The notes: a model not told the origin generated them from the sequence alone. Shown: positions 12,880-27,340, counted from the stretch's first letter. The stretch: DNA of 64,000 bases from Chrysomallon squamiferum (GCA_012295275.1 CM022666.1:558001-622000); one strand, 5' to 3'. Translations and numbers: made by a program.

Positions 12880-12929
12880 TGCGATGAAAATTTAGCCTTT
12901 ATCCTGTTAAACATTAGGTCGTCTGACAC

Positions 12930-13005
12930 AGTTACGTCATATAAACTACATTTGTTCCTGGCCTTATAACAAATCTATAATTGCTTGAGTCTTGTGACGT
13001 CGTGA
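12930..13005 (-). promoter_or_regulatory. Possible proximal promoter of the Ig gene
   Basis: Minus-strand TATAAG at 12968-12963; bZIP/CRE-like TTACGTCA at 12932-12939 and TGACGTCG at 12995-13002. An alternative acceptor (tttaacAG near 12904) means the true TSS could lie further upstream. Confidence 0.3.
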
Positions 13006-13559
13006 ATATGAGACGGGATTAAAATATAGGGGGTTACATACCCGTTTTGGCTATTTTTGTATAGGTACCCTCAATGATAGCATTTTACACTGTTATCCTG
13101 ATGACATATCATTACTATATACTATATAAATGATAAACCTATTTTTCACTGAAAACTGCGCATTCTCTTTTTGTTAGTTACTAATGCAATGAGTATTATA
13201 TGATATGTTGTTAGATAATTTCTGAACTTAATTCAGGTAAACGTCGTTAAATTAAAGGTTTACCTTCTTTGTTTATTGTTTTCACAAACTGATACGCAGA
13301 CAGGCATGCAGTAATGTTGAGATATAAGAATGTCCCAAGAATGTTTTGGATAACCTCCTTTCAGCCGTTTTGTAATCAGTTTGAATCGCCATGTAACCTG
13401 CAATTTGCACGTGCTGTAGTTTCCAGAAGAAATTTGGCATTTTCGTAGAATTCCTTTATATGCTCAGAGTGTCTAATTTTTATTCATGTCTACTAATTTA
13501 CATTGTGCAGAAGAAAACATTTGAGAAATCGTGAGGAAATAGATATTAAGAGACGTCAA

Positions 13560-14100
13560 TCGTTTGGATTACGACCAATATCCTGTTCTTGAAACATGTT
13601 CTCAGTCTTATTAAGAAACGTCATTTTCCAGAGAAGACTGTTTGGAGAACCTTTCATGTATATGAAAGAATATAGGAATATGTATCTTTTCGATCTACTA
13701 TACACAAGTAACAGTCATTCGCTTGTTCACATGCTTGTGTCGTGGTACGGTAAAGGGCTTGTGAGGCGGTTATCACACATCCATCTCTCCAAATGCCATC
13801 ATCACTTACCATCAACTCTGAGTGGAGCCCACAGTTTGTCCCTATCTTCACGCCAAAGTTTAATTCATAAGCGTGTTCAAATTAGGTAATTCTTTGATTC
13901 CATCATCCACCTGCAACAAAATGAGCCGCCAGAAGGTTAGCAGCTTCGCCATTGTCCACATACAAAACACCAACTTGATCTGTGCACCTGCAGACCTATA
14001 TAGATCTGCAGCATCTGGAACATTAAAATGTCGGGTCAATGAAAGCCAACCTCCACACACTCCCCACAAAAAGTAACATTTTAGCCTCACAATCTTCAAT
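13560..14100 (-). mobile_element. Possible highly degenerate non-LTR retrotransposon (LINE) ORF2/RT fragment
   Basis: Broken frames give DNGEAANLLAAHF and YLCIVDRKDTY...GK*RFLIRLRTCFKNRILV, loosely like LINE pre-RT and RT segments. Recognised by eye only. Confidence 0.35.
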
Positions 14101-14512
14101 GAAATTCACTCAGTTTAATCAGAAGATTTGCAGATATCAGGCTCATAAAATTTTGCAGTTTAATTCTAAACAGGTAGATTTTTCTTCAGAAGAGTTTTAC
14201 AGAGATTTTCAAAATTCTGGGCAAAATTCAGTAGCAACAATCAATTAATAACAATAGCAACAGACAACTTTAAGAATTGTATTTTCTTTAATTCCACATT
14301 CTATAACTGGCTAAGTTAAAGCATAAAAACTTTCCTAAAATTATTATTAATTGTTTGTTTTCATTTAATTCATTTTCATCCTATTTGCATTTATTCATTT
14401 GGCTTGAAAAGGTAAAGTTAGGAATTCATTTTGTACAAACACTGATTTATTAATTTATCAAACTAAGTAATATATATCATTCTTGAAAATATTTCATTAC
14501 TACTACTACTTC

Positions 14513-14575
<63 letters not shown>

Positions 14576-14591
14576 AGCTAATAAATTAAAT

Positions 14592-14830
14592 TTAATTTAA
14601 TTTTAAGAAATATGCATTCATCTGTTGAGCCAAATACTTCTAACACCTTCCATAGTAAAACCAGATTACAAAACATCGACAGCGTCACAGATCTTTACAC
14701 GATATACTAAAATAGAGTAAGGGTACGCGTTTGATCCCAACCTGCCGTTGTACCCCAACGTACTCGATCACTTGAAATCAGCTGCATCAAAATGAACTCA
14801 CCAATCTTACGACTGTTTACCTCAGTACCC
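14592..14830 (-). pseudogene. Decayed Ig-like exon relic upstream of the gene
   Basis: Reads SILVYRVKICDA (compare domain 3 LLPVKISDSA) then frameshifts to CNLV. 98 bp ungapped match to 1144-1241 with 12 mismatches. Confidence 0.45.
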
Positions 14831-15191
14831 GAACAGATGTTTTCATAAATCTTAATACTTTATTAAATGTTAATAGTTTCTGCAAACTAAAAATTGTTTA
14901 CGTGCAAATATATACCATAAAACACAGCATGCATGGGGAAAAAAATCTTAACTTCTTGAAAAATGTATCTTTATATCCTCTTTTTTAACAGAATTTTGTT
15001 ATAAACGTTCACCGTTTACAATTTCTAGTTTTTCAGTTTAACGATGACAGATTATGCAAGTGATGAAACTTTGAGTGCAAAAATAATGTCAGAGCTTTAA
15101 TTTATGGATTGAAAATAAAGCATGTATTAAAATTATTTTTTTTTTTTATTTACTAAATATTTACAGCATAATACCAATTTTGATTGCTTGT

Positions 15192-15230
<39 letters not shown>

Positions 15231-16329
15231 CTAAATATTTACAACATAATACCAATTTTGATTGCTTGTTTATTTATTTATTTATTTATTTATTTATTTG
15301 TTTGTTTGTTTGTTTGTTTGTTTGTTTGTTTGTTTGTTTGTTTGTTTTGTAAAGATGTTATTTTCGTTAAGGTACTTCGCGATTGTGATAATTGTAAATG
15401 ATAATTTTCCTGGAACTCGCCTCGTTTCATCAATTCTTTTACAGTGTTAAGAATTAAACCAATCACTTCACAGAAAAGTCTACGATTTATTTGTTCTTGG
15501 ATTGTTTTGTTTGTCTTTGTTTTGTTTTTTCATTGTTTTTCGTTTCTTTTTTGATTTTTGTTCGTTTGTTTTTTGTTTTAAATTGTTTTGTGGTGGTTGT
15601 TTTTTGGGGATGTGTTTTTCTCACAGAGATGTGTTTATGAATTTCTGCTATGTAAATAATAACTAATTTGTTAAACGAAGCCTTCCTATGTTATTATATA
15701 GCGTGAGTGTGTACGTCAGTTTTTGTGTTCGAAGACAAAACTTTAAAAAAAAAGTGATCGAATTCTGCTTCCACCATCCAGTTAGACTTTTCTTTCACTT
15801 AGAATCAAGTGATATTTTGCACAGACCTTCCCAGAGTCAGGAAAACACTTTGAACATTGACCAGTATGAAATAGTTGAGTAAGGAGAAGAGAGGAGAACT
15901 GATCCTCTAATCAATCACACATCACACGTGCCTTCTCTCACTAGACTCAGTCTGCCCAGCGTGGGATGATTTTATAATTGTTAGAAGTATTTAGGAAGCT
16001 GGCCATAGATGATATTATATTTCAAAGAGATATTTAAATAAACAGATTAATTTGAAAAATACAACATCATAGACCCTTTTCAGAGATGCAAGAACTTTAC
16101 CAAAGGCTTACTCAGTCTTTGTATTACTTTTATAAATACACCTAAAGTCTTAAAATGAACAAATTTTACAGCACGTGAAACTAATTTCATACTAAAATGA
16201 ACAAAAATTCTGCTAACAAAAGCTTTTCAACGTTCATAATTAAGAACCCATTGCCTGTTTAATGATGTCTTAGTAGATATTTTTCTTTTGCTTGTAAAGG
16301 GGGAGCATTTACAAGTATGAAGACAAATA

Positions 16330-16840
16330 CCAGCGTGCTGAATCGAGATTTAAGTCACAATGTTATTTTCTTTCCCACCTCAAATTCCGGCAATTCTGAC
16401 CATCGTGTGCCTGTCTTATGCTGCTCGCATTGCACCCTTTTGACCACTGTCCAGGGTGGCTTGTGTGAGAATGTCAGGGTCAGTGTAGGGACAGCAGCGG
16501 CCACTTCGTCAAGCAATTTAGCGCTGCTGTTTGTGTTTGGGTGTGGTCCGCGTGTAGTCGGAACAACAGTTCCCTTTAGTTAAGCCGAGCAGCACGAACA
16601 CAACAAAAGTGAAGTGTTGGGTTAATTTGTTTTGGTTTTCGCGGCTCTTTGTCCTATTTGATACTTGTTTGTCGTCTCCAGTCTGGTACGTATGACGGGA
16701 ATGCACCAGTCTGGGATTATGTGTAGGTGTTAGGCTGTGCGGGTCGACTGGTGTAAGTTTAATTTAGTCAGAGCCTTGCTTCTCCGTCCGTCGACATTTT
16801 GAAGAATTCGTTTTACCATTCTGTGTACCGTTGCGTGTAC
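16330..16840 (-). mobile_element. Possible transposon-derived fragment
   Basis: Abrupt GC-richer, strand-skewed block (A/C-rich on minus) with partial frame ...PPWTVVKR...; adjoins a segment duplicated at 18906-19017. Confidence 0.25.
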
Positions 16841-16953
16841 TTCTGTATTATTAGTTATGTTTTAAAGAAAACCAATCTTTGCTAATAATAAAGCAAATTA
16901 AAAAAATAATAAGCCCGCAAAAGAGCGTGGTATTCGCCTATTTTCTTTTATTT
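16841..16953 (+). repeat. Dispersed ~110-bp repeat, copy 1 (copy 2 at 18906-19017)
   Basis: Shared AATCTTTGCTAA(T/C)AATAAAG...AATAATAAGCCC...TGGTATTC...TTTTCT. Confidence 0.75.
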
Positions 16954-17137
16954 CGTGGTGTTAATTTATGGTTTACATCGATTTATTCAGTCTGTTTGCC
17001 TACCTTCTTGTTGTTATTAATAGTAGTAGCAGTAGCAGTGGTAGTAGCAATAGTAGCAGTAGTAGAAGCAGTAGTATTAATAGTAGTAGTTGTGGTGTTG
17101 GTGGTATTACTAGTACTAGTAATAGTAGTAGTACAGC

Positions 17138-17183
<46 letters not shown>

Positions 17184-17389
17184 TATTATTATTATTATTA
17201 TTATTATTGATGTATAGCAAAGTATTTATAAAAGAACACATTTCACACACTATGCACTAATTCTGGCACAATCCGTTTAGTTAAAAAAATGTTTCTAATA
17301 CAATTTCATCCTCGCTGTTTCAGCGAATGCTTCATACAACTCAGAAACTAATATATAACCATGATCTAAAATTAAAATACACTCATATA

Positions 17390-17396
<7 letters not shown>

Positions 17397-17464
<68 letters not shown>
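17397..17464. repeat. (GA)n microsatellite
   Basis: Direct read. Confidence 0.95.
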
Positions 17465-17467
<3 letters not shown>

Positions 17468-18318
17468 TAAAGTGCCTGTATCATACGTTCTAAAGAAATA
17501 GATTATAATCGATTTTAGTTGAATGTTAACGTTCGTCGTGGGTAAGATTCCACTGTAAACATGTATTTACTTCTTCTAAAAACAAAATCAGCAGCGAGCT
17601 TCCACTAGGAAATACCGACCCAACAGATGTTGTCATACTGCTACTACAGGATATGCTTATTTACAACCACACAAGTTTTTACAAAAGATGCTGCAAGTTT
17701 TATTTTTCAAACTAGGGTTCTCTTTGATTCGTGTAAGGAAGGAAGAAAAAACACAAACACAATAAAAACGCGAATATTAAAGGTTTATTCAAAGTTCGGC
17801 TTTATAAAGATATTCCTTGTCATGGAATTCGAGAAAAAAAAACAAAACATAAAAAAATAAATAAATAAATAAATAAATAAATAAATACATTTTAAAAAAA
17901 AAAATTTAAAGAAAAAAAAAACAAAACAGGTGACTGAATGCACGCTAAAGCAGGCTCATCAACGATTCTGAAAAGCGATCGCCATGTTTGTCACGTGATC
18001 GTAAATAGTTCCGTTAAATTAACATAATTAGCTCATTAGCGCGTGCGCTGTCTCTACGCTGCTGGTATCGCGGCGTTGAAAAGCGGAAAGAAAATAAACA
18101 ACGCTGGAGCGACGTCGACTGTTGACTGCGTTTTCAAACGGCACCGATCACGGAGAAGGGAGTGGAGAAAACACCGGTGCGAAATGTTGCCTTGCTATTT
18201 GGAGATAATTAGCGGTAGAGAGCTGTATCGTTTTACACGCTCGTCACAAAGCAAATAAATAAACTGTAAGCTGTGCTAAACAGGTGAATGAATGTTTTAA
18301 AAGAATAAAGTTAGATTT

Positions 18319-18322
<4 letters not shown>

Positions 18323-18402
<80 letters not shown>
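18323..18402. repeat. (TC)n microsatellite
   Basis: Direct read. Confidence 0.95.
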
Positions 18403-18405
<3 letters not shown>

Positions 18406-18770
18406 TAGTTCTTTTCTGTATATTATGATCATTAGTAAAACTGATTTTAAAAAAACTTATAAAAAACAGAGGCTTTAAATAAGTATTTAATTATTTGGAA
18501 CAAAAACATCCCGTGGTATTCGGAAATATTTGTTGTGGCTGCATTTCTTTTATTATGAACTTTTTCTTTTTAGTTTTTTAGTTTTTTTCTTTCTTTTTTT
18601 TTTTGTGTCTTTTTGTTTTTGTCTTCTTTCGTTTGGTCATGTTTTGTTTCCTTAAACTTGCTCAAACTTGCTCAAACTACAATTAAAAAAAATTAAAAAT
18701 TAAATTAAATTAAATTTAAGCAAATATATCAAATGAACAAAATATAAAATAAATAGTTAAATATAAATGA

Positions 18771-18810
<40 letters not shown>

Positions 18811-19499
18811 TTATTTATTTATTTTTATTTTTATTTTCTTACAACAATAACAATACGCGGATGTATCCATTGATATTTTAACGTATCTTTTATCATTGTG
18901 TATATTTCTGCGTTATTGTTTTTATTTTAGAAGATACTAATCTTTGCTAACAATAAAGTAAAACAGTGAAATAATAAGCCCAAAGAACTACCTGGTATTC
19001 ACCCTTTTCTCTAATTTAAAACAAAAAATAAACAAATTAACTTTTAATTAAAAATATCGTAAATGTTCGTTAAATTGGTTTTCTTATTAACATATTTAAT
19101 TATTCTTAATGTTTTTGTATTCGTTTATTTACTAATAATAAAATGTGTTAGTACAAGTACTAAAATGTATGTAAACATTCGTTCAAATACATAGGCACAA
19201 AACACACGTATGCAAAAAAATTTAAATTTAAACATTTCTCAACGATAGTTTTCTGCAAATGGAAATTAGCGTTACAAACGTATAAGAGAAAAAAATAATT
19301 TTAAAAACTGGGAATTTAAGAACAGAGTAATGGAACTTCAGAAATAAAGAAAAATCGACAACAGAAATATCTATCTATCTATCAGTCTATCGATCGATCT
19401 ATATATATATATATATAATAAGAAATAAGAAATAAAAAAGAATTGAAAGGACGAATAAAGAAATAAAGAAAATAAAGATTCATTATGAAGGAGAAAGCT

Positions 19500-21130
19500 T
19501 GTTTGTAACACGTAAAAAGTTTGAAAAAAAAGAGCATGCATGTTAGTTTTTCTTTGATCTGGTAATTTTCGGAAATGCGTGGACGTTACGTATGTTAATG
19601 AAGGCATACAGCGCGGGTCTTCGAGTGATCTCCGAAATAGATTGTCATCACAAACACTTTGGACATCATTTAATTCCTTATCGAGATTCATGCTAAAATC
19701 AACAATTCTCCACTAATCGGAAAATTGTCGACAATTTTCGAGCAAACCAAGCGACGAACGCGAGAAATTAGCGCGCGCACACGGGGAAAAAAAACACCAA
19801 CTCGTGAATCAAACGATCCGGAAAAAATTTGCAAAATCGCCAAGAATTAGCTCCTGTCTTGAATCTTAATGAGAGAGAATGGCTAATTTCCAGCAGCGAA
19901 CGTGTTTCCTTGCTGATCGGCGCTGCTGAAAACGTTCATGCACGAAAAGAGTCCAATTTTCTTCCGTGACAAATAATCCAATTTCAAAGGTTACAAACAT
20001 CTTGGTGTCGCCTGGCAAACTCAGTTACCTCTTCTATTGAAGCGATGCATCTGCAAATGGACGCTCTGTGGACACGTTTGATTTGATTTCAGGCGGAATG
20101 TAATAACCCATTAGAGGTTCACTGTCTAATTTTGCTCGATGATTCGACGGCAATAAACCGTTTACTCTGGAGAAGTCGCTCTTGCTTCTTTAACGCGACA
20201 AACTCGGCTTCTCTTTCTCGCGACTCGGATAATTGACTTACCTCCGCGTCGCTATTTCAGATGCACGGAGTACGCGCAACACACTTGAGGAGATCGGTAC
20301 AAATTCAACACCCTCGAAATTGCATTTCGCGTAATTACTGTTTTTCTCCTCCATAATAAACTCCAGTGAGCGTACTAATTGGAAAAATTGAATTCCTCTA
20401 AATGGAACATTCACAGCGATTCTAAGAGATTCTAAAGGGTCATTAGTAAGAGCGGATTCCGGGAGAAGGGCACTATGCATTGACCGTGTCTCCGAGATCC
20501 GATTAATAGCCTGGTTCTATGGCGAGCTGCCACCTCCTTGTCGCGCGCTAATAAACGACCCATTCACCAGTCCCTTCTTCCCTGTCACTTTTCGTTTTTT
20601 CGCCATTTCAAAAAAACCGGATTGATGGAGAGAATGAGCCGCTTTCTCGTCGGAGACTCGGCCTGCATTCGCGCTGAAGAGAGTCGACGATGTGTATACA
20701 TCTCGTGGACTCGCTATAATCGCTGTTAAGAACTGCACGAGGAGACAACCGCTGACGGTGGATAACGGTTATTTGCGGCACTTCTTGCGGCAAGAGTCCC
20801 CGGAAGATGGCGGAGATTCGCGACAACCGCGCTGGCATCGCGCGCCACTTCGTCCGCCTCGCTGAAAGGAAGGTCTGTTTCCATCGCGGACTATTGACAG
20901 GTTCTGTCACGCGGAGAAGTCCTTGTCACTCGCAGACCTCGTAGCGCGGGAAGTAATTGTCGAGGAAGGAATACTCGCTGTATGGTGACAATTATCCAAT
21001 GTCTAAGTCCGATACAACCGGAATAAATGGCGTAAATTAACCCCATAATACCGCGAAGACGCAATTTGCCGTCGCGTGAAGACGTAATTTGCGAGTAGAA
21101 ATTTAGCAGTGAGACAAGACTTTAATACGC
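19500..21130. promoter_or_regulatory. Largest CpG-rich non-coding island (promoter- or enhancer-like)
   Basis: ~1.6 kb free of microsatellites, many CG/CGCG, YY1-type AAGATGGCGG at 20804-20813; no recognisable protein. Confidence 0.5.
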
Positions 21131-21748
21131 GCTGTCAAAACCTCTAACCATCATTTCTTTTTTTATATATACTTTTTCTTTTTTCTTTTTTCCATTTTTA
21201 AAAAAAAATCTGTAAAGGTTATTTTATTAGGAATATCACAGAATGAGTGTATATAATGCCATTGATTGTAATTAAATGATAGCTGATTCTAAATGTTAGA
21301 AACATTAATGTTTAGATTTTCTTACGTAGGACTGTTATCACTGTAATTATCTTTACTTTAAAACAGTAAATGTTATACGTCGTTTTAAATGAATGTTTAA
21401 TTAATGAATTCAGGCCGTTATAATTATACGAACTCTTTAAAACACTACACTGTTGTGTGTAAAAGACAACATTATATTTTCACCTGTTTGTAACAACGAC
21501 CGAGAAAATTTGTTTTGTTTGTGTAAAATATAAGCAAGGATTTCAGACAAATGTTAAACTTATTAGATGCTGATGTGTTAAAGTCGCTCTGTTAGGAAAG
21601 ATAATTGCTGATTTGACATCATTTATTATCTGAGTAATCGACTGATTAACGCAAGAAAAGACATTTACAACCAATTAAACATTTAGTAACATCGTCCCCA
21701 GCTGAACCTATCAGTTTAATATAACTCATTAATTAAATTTGTGTTTAA

Positions 21749-21925
<177 letters not shown>

Positions 21926-22453
21926 TTTAATCCGTCATCATAAAACTGAAGAAAAATTAATACGTACTGTTCAAGATTACAAAACTCTACAAAGAATGAG
22001 TCGTCAAATAATTAGTATATGAAACGTACCTCAAGTTAACAAACTCGGTGAAACGTATTGATTTTTACATATTAGTGAACACTGAAAGCTTCTTTTATTT
22101 CCGTTGGGTTGTTGCAAGCACATTCTTCATCATGAAAAGAAAACTACTAATCTGTGTTCTTGACATTTTCCTTTCAAAATCATGGAAGGTTCAGGCACGC
22201 CTGACATGGCGCATAGCAAAACAAACTTACCTCTCTAGTGAGGGCTGGTTAATTAACACAGTAAAGTTTACAGGTATTAAAAATATTTATGATTCTACTA
22301 TATATGGATAACGTATTCTCAGTTGTGGTCACAAAGATTCGATGTTAAATTGTTTATTACATAATTATCGATGGCGTTTCTTTCTAATTAATTTTGTTTA
22401 ATATTTAACCACAAACTAAACTAATTTTCTGTAAATAACAGAAGGATGAAAAC

Positions 22454-22549
<96 letters not shown>
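22454..22549. repeat. (GA)n microsatellite
   Basis: Direct read. Confidence 0.95.
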
Positions 22550-22551
<2 letters not shown>

Positions 22552-24363
22552 CGGAGAAAAAGAAATAATTTATACGTTCATCTTCTTCTTCTTTTTTTCT
22601 TCATGATTTATGTTTTTTATGTGTGTTCACTGGTGCGTACTTTTACGTTTATGTATATGATATGTTTATTCTCTTTAGTATGAGTAAACGAAACTTTTTT
22701 TTTTTTTTCCATTTAGTACACTCTATTAAAAATACGGTTCTGTATGCTTTTATTTTCTTTGTTGTCTTCTTTATAAATCATTTCTCGTGGGGCTTTTTTT
22801 CTTCTCTCTCTTTTTAAAATATATAACTAAATTCAAGATACAGAATTCGAACTGAAAAGATCCCAGACTAAAAAAAAAAGCGTGAATTGACGTAGCGAAA
22901 CTGCGAAGAAAGAAAAGATTGAAAAGAAAAGAAAAGATTGAAAAGAATAGAAAAGATCTCAAACACCGAGGGGCTAAATAGCATGGACACATTTACAGTT
23001 TCTCGTTGTATTCTAATGTCGTAAAGCACTTTACATGCCAATAAAAGAGCCACATAAAGGGGGACCACTGCCGAGCGATCTTTTGTAAACACGAGATTCG
23101 AAGCATCAGTTAGATATTTTTATTGTCCTGTTTATATCTCTGTGTATGTTGTGTTGGTCTTTCGCAGGCTGGGTGCTCAGTGTTTGGCCCCTGTGTTAAA
23201 AGACTGAAACCGCCAGCCACAGAACACACAGCGGGACAAGTCGACCGTTTTGAGGGGAAATGTATAAACTTTATACGGCGGAGATCAGTTAGCGACATTT
23301 TATGGACGTTTTCAATACTTCATCAAGCGCGCTTTCGTAAAGAAAAAAAAAGAAAAAAAAAAAGAAGAAAAGAATAAAAACTAATAATCATAACAAAGGG
23401 AAATGGTAATTTGTGTCTGGAAGATAATACGGCTCACAGCCCCGCTGCGCCTTCCCCTGTTGTTCCTTTCTGCCCCGCCTGTGTTCCCCGGGCCGCGCCT
23501 TTGTGCTCAATTTGTAAGGCTTTCTTCGCGCGTCATTGTCGACAACACAAACACAAACTCGACTGCGATAAAAGCAGCACAAAGCGCGGTGCTACAAGTT
23601 TCTAAACACCATTGAAAAAAAGCCATTTTAAGTAAACTTATGCCATCACTGAGGCACAAAGGTCCCTGGCGGGGGGGTTTGTTCCGAGGGTGTTTAAATC
23701 TGTGATAATTTCATTTTCCCCACGCTGAATAGAGCGCTTTACGAATAATTGTCGCCCTTTGTTGGTACAGGACAAAGCCAGAAGGATTCCCAAGCCTCTC
23801 TTACGTTGACGTCATTGTGCCTCGTTGTGTCGGCTGTTAATCTACACGCGTTTAACACACACCACCTACACTGGACGAGTCGTCCCGGCTCACTCTCACA
23901 ATGGCATCTTACGGTGAAATCGGTTTCTGCTTGCCGTGATGAAAAGACCCCTTTGTGTTTTGCGGTTCCGTCCCCTCCACAGCGCGGTAAGGAGGCGAAG
24001 AAAACACAGAGTCGCGTGAGTGTGATACGCATACGTTTTATGTTCCAAACAGTTTCATAATAATAAAGTTGTTGAAACAAAAAACTGTGTAATGTCATAG
24101 TTACACCCATAATGTGTTGATATTAAAAAAAATAATGAATTTGTTACAGCAAGGTTTAATAATGTGAGTGACACCTGACATCCATATGGTCATGTCTCAA
24201 ATGCCTGCATAATAATAAAGTTTAAAAAAAAAAAAACCACATAACATGCGAGTGATTCCATTAAGTATACCCCCAATAATACCCCCTTATAATTTGAGAG
24301 TAACACCCATAAGTATATTCCCGTTCCAGATTATACTTGCTTAATAATATTTTTTTAAACAAA

Positions 24364-24399
<36 letters not shown>

Positions 24400-25337
24400 G
24401 CCAGCTATTCCTATATGTCGATGTGCCAAAAGCTTGCAAAATAAGGAATTTGTTAAAACACGAAATTCTACGTGTACGATGTTCATTCGAGTTAAAATCT
24501 ACCATTTTCAGCAAAACTATCTGTATGAAGGATTCTAGTAATTACAGTCAAACATGCACACAAAGAAATTAAACAAACAAACAACTTCGATTTTTTAAAG
24601 CTATTTTTTTTTATTATTATTATTATTCTTTTCAGTTCTCTGAACCGAAAACACATGTTGCAGCGCTGTGTTTCTTTGTTCTCAAATCTCTTTACATTTT
24701 ATAATTTTATTTTTTTGTAGAAAGGTATATCGTTCAATTGTGCCACATAATAATTTTGCATTGTGTCGACCATTTCGGCCATGATGTCTTTTGATCTCAT
24801 CCTGATAACTGTAACAGATGGTGCAATATCTCAAGATACTATAAAAGAATATTCATTGCGTTTAGAACAAGTTAGCAGCTACGTTAACTCCGACGGTAAA
24901 TAACTGTGTGCATGAGTGCGCGTTCATTCATCAAATTAAAAAAAAGAAAACTAGAAGTAATAGGACGAAAAATGATTAATAACAAAATGAATAAATTGTT
25001 AGATAAATAAATAACATTTAGCATAAAATAAAATAAAATAAAAATACTGGTAATTAAACAAAATAATAATTAAAAAAAAAAATAAAAAAAAAAACAGTAA
25101 TTTCTGAATTTAATTTTTCATAGAAAATATTCTGTTATCTTTCTCTCTCTTTATGCCTCCCTCTTTCGGTGTCTGCCTCTTTCTCTCTTTCTGTCTCTCT
25201 CTACCTTTGTCTCTACGCATCTATGTTTGTATTTATTTTAAGATTTGAATAGTCTCTGTCTTATTAGACTGTACATAGACAATATTCGAGACCGCACTCG
25301 AGGACAAAGTCCAATCACGACGTCACAAACCTGTCAG

Positions 25338-25407
25338 ATGCCGCTGTTGAGACTCGAACGTGTGGCACACATTCACCCGCGGACGACTTACCATTTGGCC
25401 ATCAAGA
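25338..25407 (-). mobile_element. tRNA-derived SINE head relic
   Basis: Minus strand A-box TGGCCAAATGG (25401-25391) and B-box GTTCGAGTC (25359-25351) at tRNA-like spacing; no intact cloverleaf seen. Confidence 0.55.
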
Positions 25408-25458
25408 TAATCCTGTCTCTCTGTCTGTCTCTAGGCATGTACGTATGTCTCTGAATTT

Positions 25459-25549
25459 GTATGTATGTATGTATGTATGTATGTGTATGTGTGTATGTAT
25501 GTATGTATGTATGTATGTATGTATGTGTGTGTGTGTATATGTGTATGTG

Positions 25550-25580
<31 letters not shown>

Positions 25581-25780
25581 ATATATATATGTGTGTATGT
25601 ATGTATGTATGTATGTGTATATATGCATGTGTGTGTAAGTATGTATGGGTGTATGTATGTATGTATGTATGTATGTATGTATGTATGTATGTATGTATGT
25701 ATGTATGTATGTATGTATGTGTGTGTGTGTGTGTAGATATGTATGTGTGTGTAAGTATGTATGTATGTATGTATGTATGT
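25459..25780. repeat. Compound (GTAT)n/(GT)n microsatellite
   Basis: Direct read. Confidence 0.95.
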
Positions 25781-27218
25781 ACCTTAGTTCTAACTGGACA
25801 GTGTGATACCAAATATCAGTCTAATTTAAAATAATACTAAACTAAATATCTAATTGTTTCAAAAAAAAAAAAAAAAAAAAAAAAAACATCAATAACCACA
25901 AATTTAAACACTCTATCCAAGACAGCGGTTTCGTATTAGACAAGCTGTAAACATATTCTAATTCAATGGCCAGGCACGCTGTCTGGCACTGAACTGAATG
26001 CTGAAAGCTATGAAATGACATGTTTGTTTGGAAACAAAACTGAGGAAGTTCGATTTCAATCAGTATTGTTTACGAAGACGATCACTTCTATTTCCTCACT
26101 CTGTGTCAGAGACGACTCGAACTCCTGCTCGGGCGTCCATCTTGAAATTCATCTGTGATGGATTTTGCACGACCGATCTCAAACACAATTTCTCTTTCTG
26201 CCAAGCATTTGTTCGTTCGCTTCTCTTTGCAGACGTTCATTAAAAACGTGTACCGTTTAGAGCATCGTTAATTAAACATTGATTCCCACACCTCGGCAGA
26301 GCGGATAATAGATTCATTATTGCAGTTTGCGGCGTTAAATGTTGCCAATCTCCGTTTCAGCCATCTTGTTCGCTGAGACGAGCCACTGAGCACGCGCGAC
26401 CGGAAGTGTAGCCTCGCTTCCAGGACGTGTTGTCCTCCAGAGAGCAGATTGTTCGAGAAGATATCCATTATGTCGCATCCTTTGATCAAACAAATGGACA
26501 TTTTTGTCTCGTGTGTTCAGCAATTCTGTATCTTTTCGTCGCGTCAAAGACCTCGCTAAGAAAATGAAGTGGAAATTATTCTCATGCCGATACTACAAGT
26601 TTTCCTCATGTGTGCAAATTGAAAATAGGAAATTGATATTGGCATAGCTTCTCATGGTGTGATATTTACTTCCACCTATTAAATCCAAATAGAGAAATCA
26701 GAGATTCGAATGGTATCCTTTTAAACTGGGAGAATCTTTGAAAAAGGAAATGAAAGGCTTGCGGGGAAATGGAACATTATCAGCAATAAACATTAGCTTT
26801 GCGGTTGTCAGGCAGAGTGCTGGAAATTGTCTTCTTTGTCCACCGAAAGAAAGTACAACCAGACTCGTATTTGTTGTTTTTGTAAAACTCCCGTGACTAA
26901 GGATTCCTCACAAAAACACGGCTTACAGAAATCAGCGACAGCAGACAGAGAAAATAAGTTTTCCTGCTTTGATTTTAAGAATAGAAAAATGAAACAGAAT
27001 TACGTACACAGATGTTTCATACTCTCAGATTTGATCTTAAACCAGTACTTTGATGTAACAGTCTTTTATCTAACATACTTAGTGTGTGTGTGTGTGTGTG
27101 TGTGTTTTATACTCTGTAATTTTGTTCGAGATCAAAATCTGAAAAAATTGTAAATACAAATGTATAAAGAATAAACATATTTTCATTTAACAAACCAATA
27201 TGTTTGTGTGAGTACCAG

Positions 27219-27340
<122 letters not shown>

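Noticed and set aside
15145-15290. Short tandem duplications (also ~45082-45129, ~29317-29370, ~18654-18678)
   Set aside because: Ordinary slippage duplications in low-complexity DNA; no repeat-spacer structure, not CRISPR-like.
20237-20248. Exact 12-mer CTTACCTCCGCG repeated at 38574
   Set aside because: Many 12-mer repeats are expected by chance in 64 kb, and the flanks do not align.
25338-25407. Possible intact tRNA gene
   Set aside because: A and B boxes are present but acceptor and anticodon stems do not pair convincingly; treated as a SINE relic.
26208-26225. TTTGTTCGTTCG resembles the 5' end of miR-375 (likewise TCTTTGGTTAT at 8041 and miR-9)
   Set aside because: The match stops after 11-12 nt and no precursor hairpin is evident.
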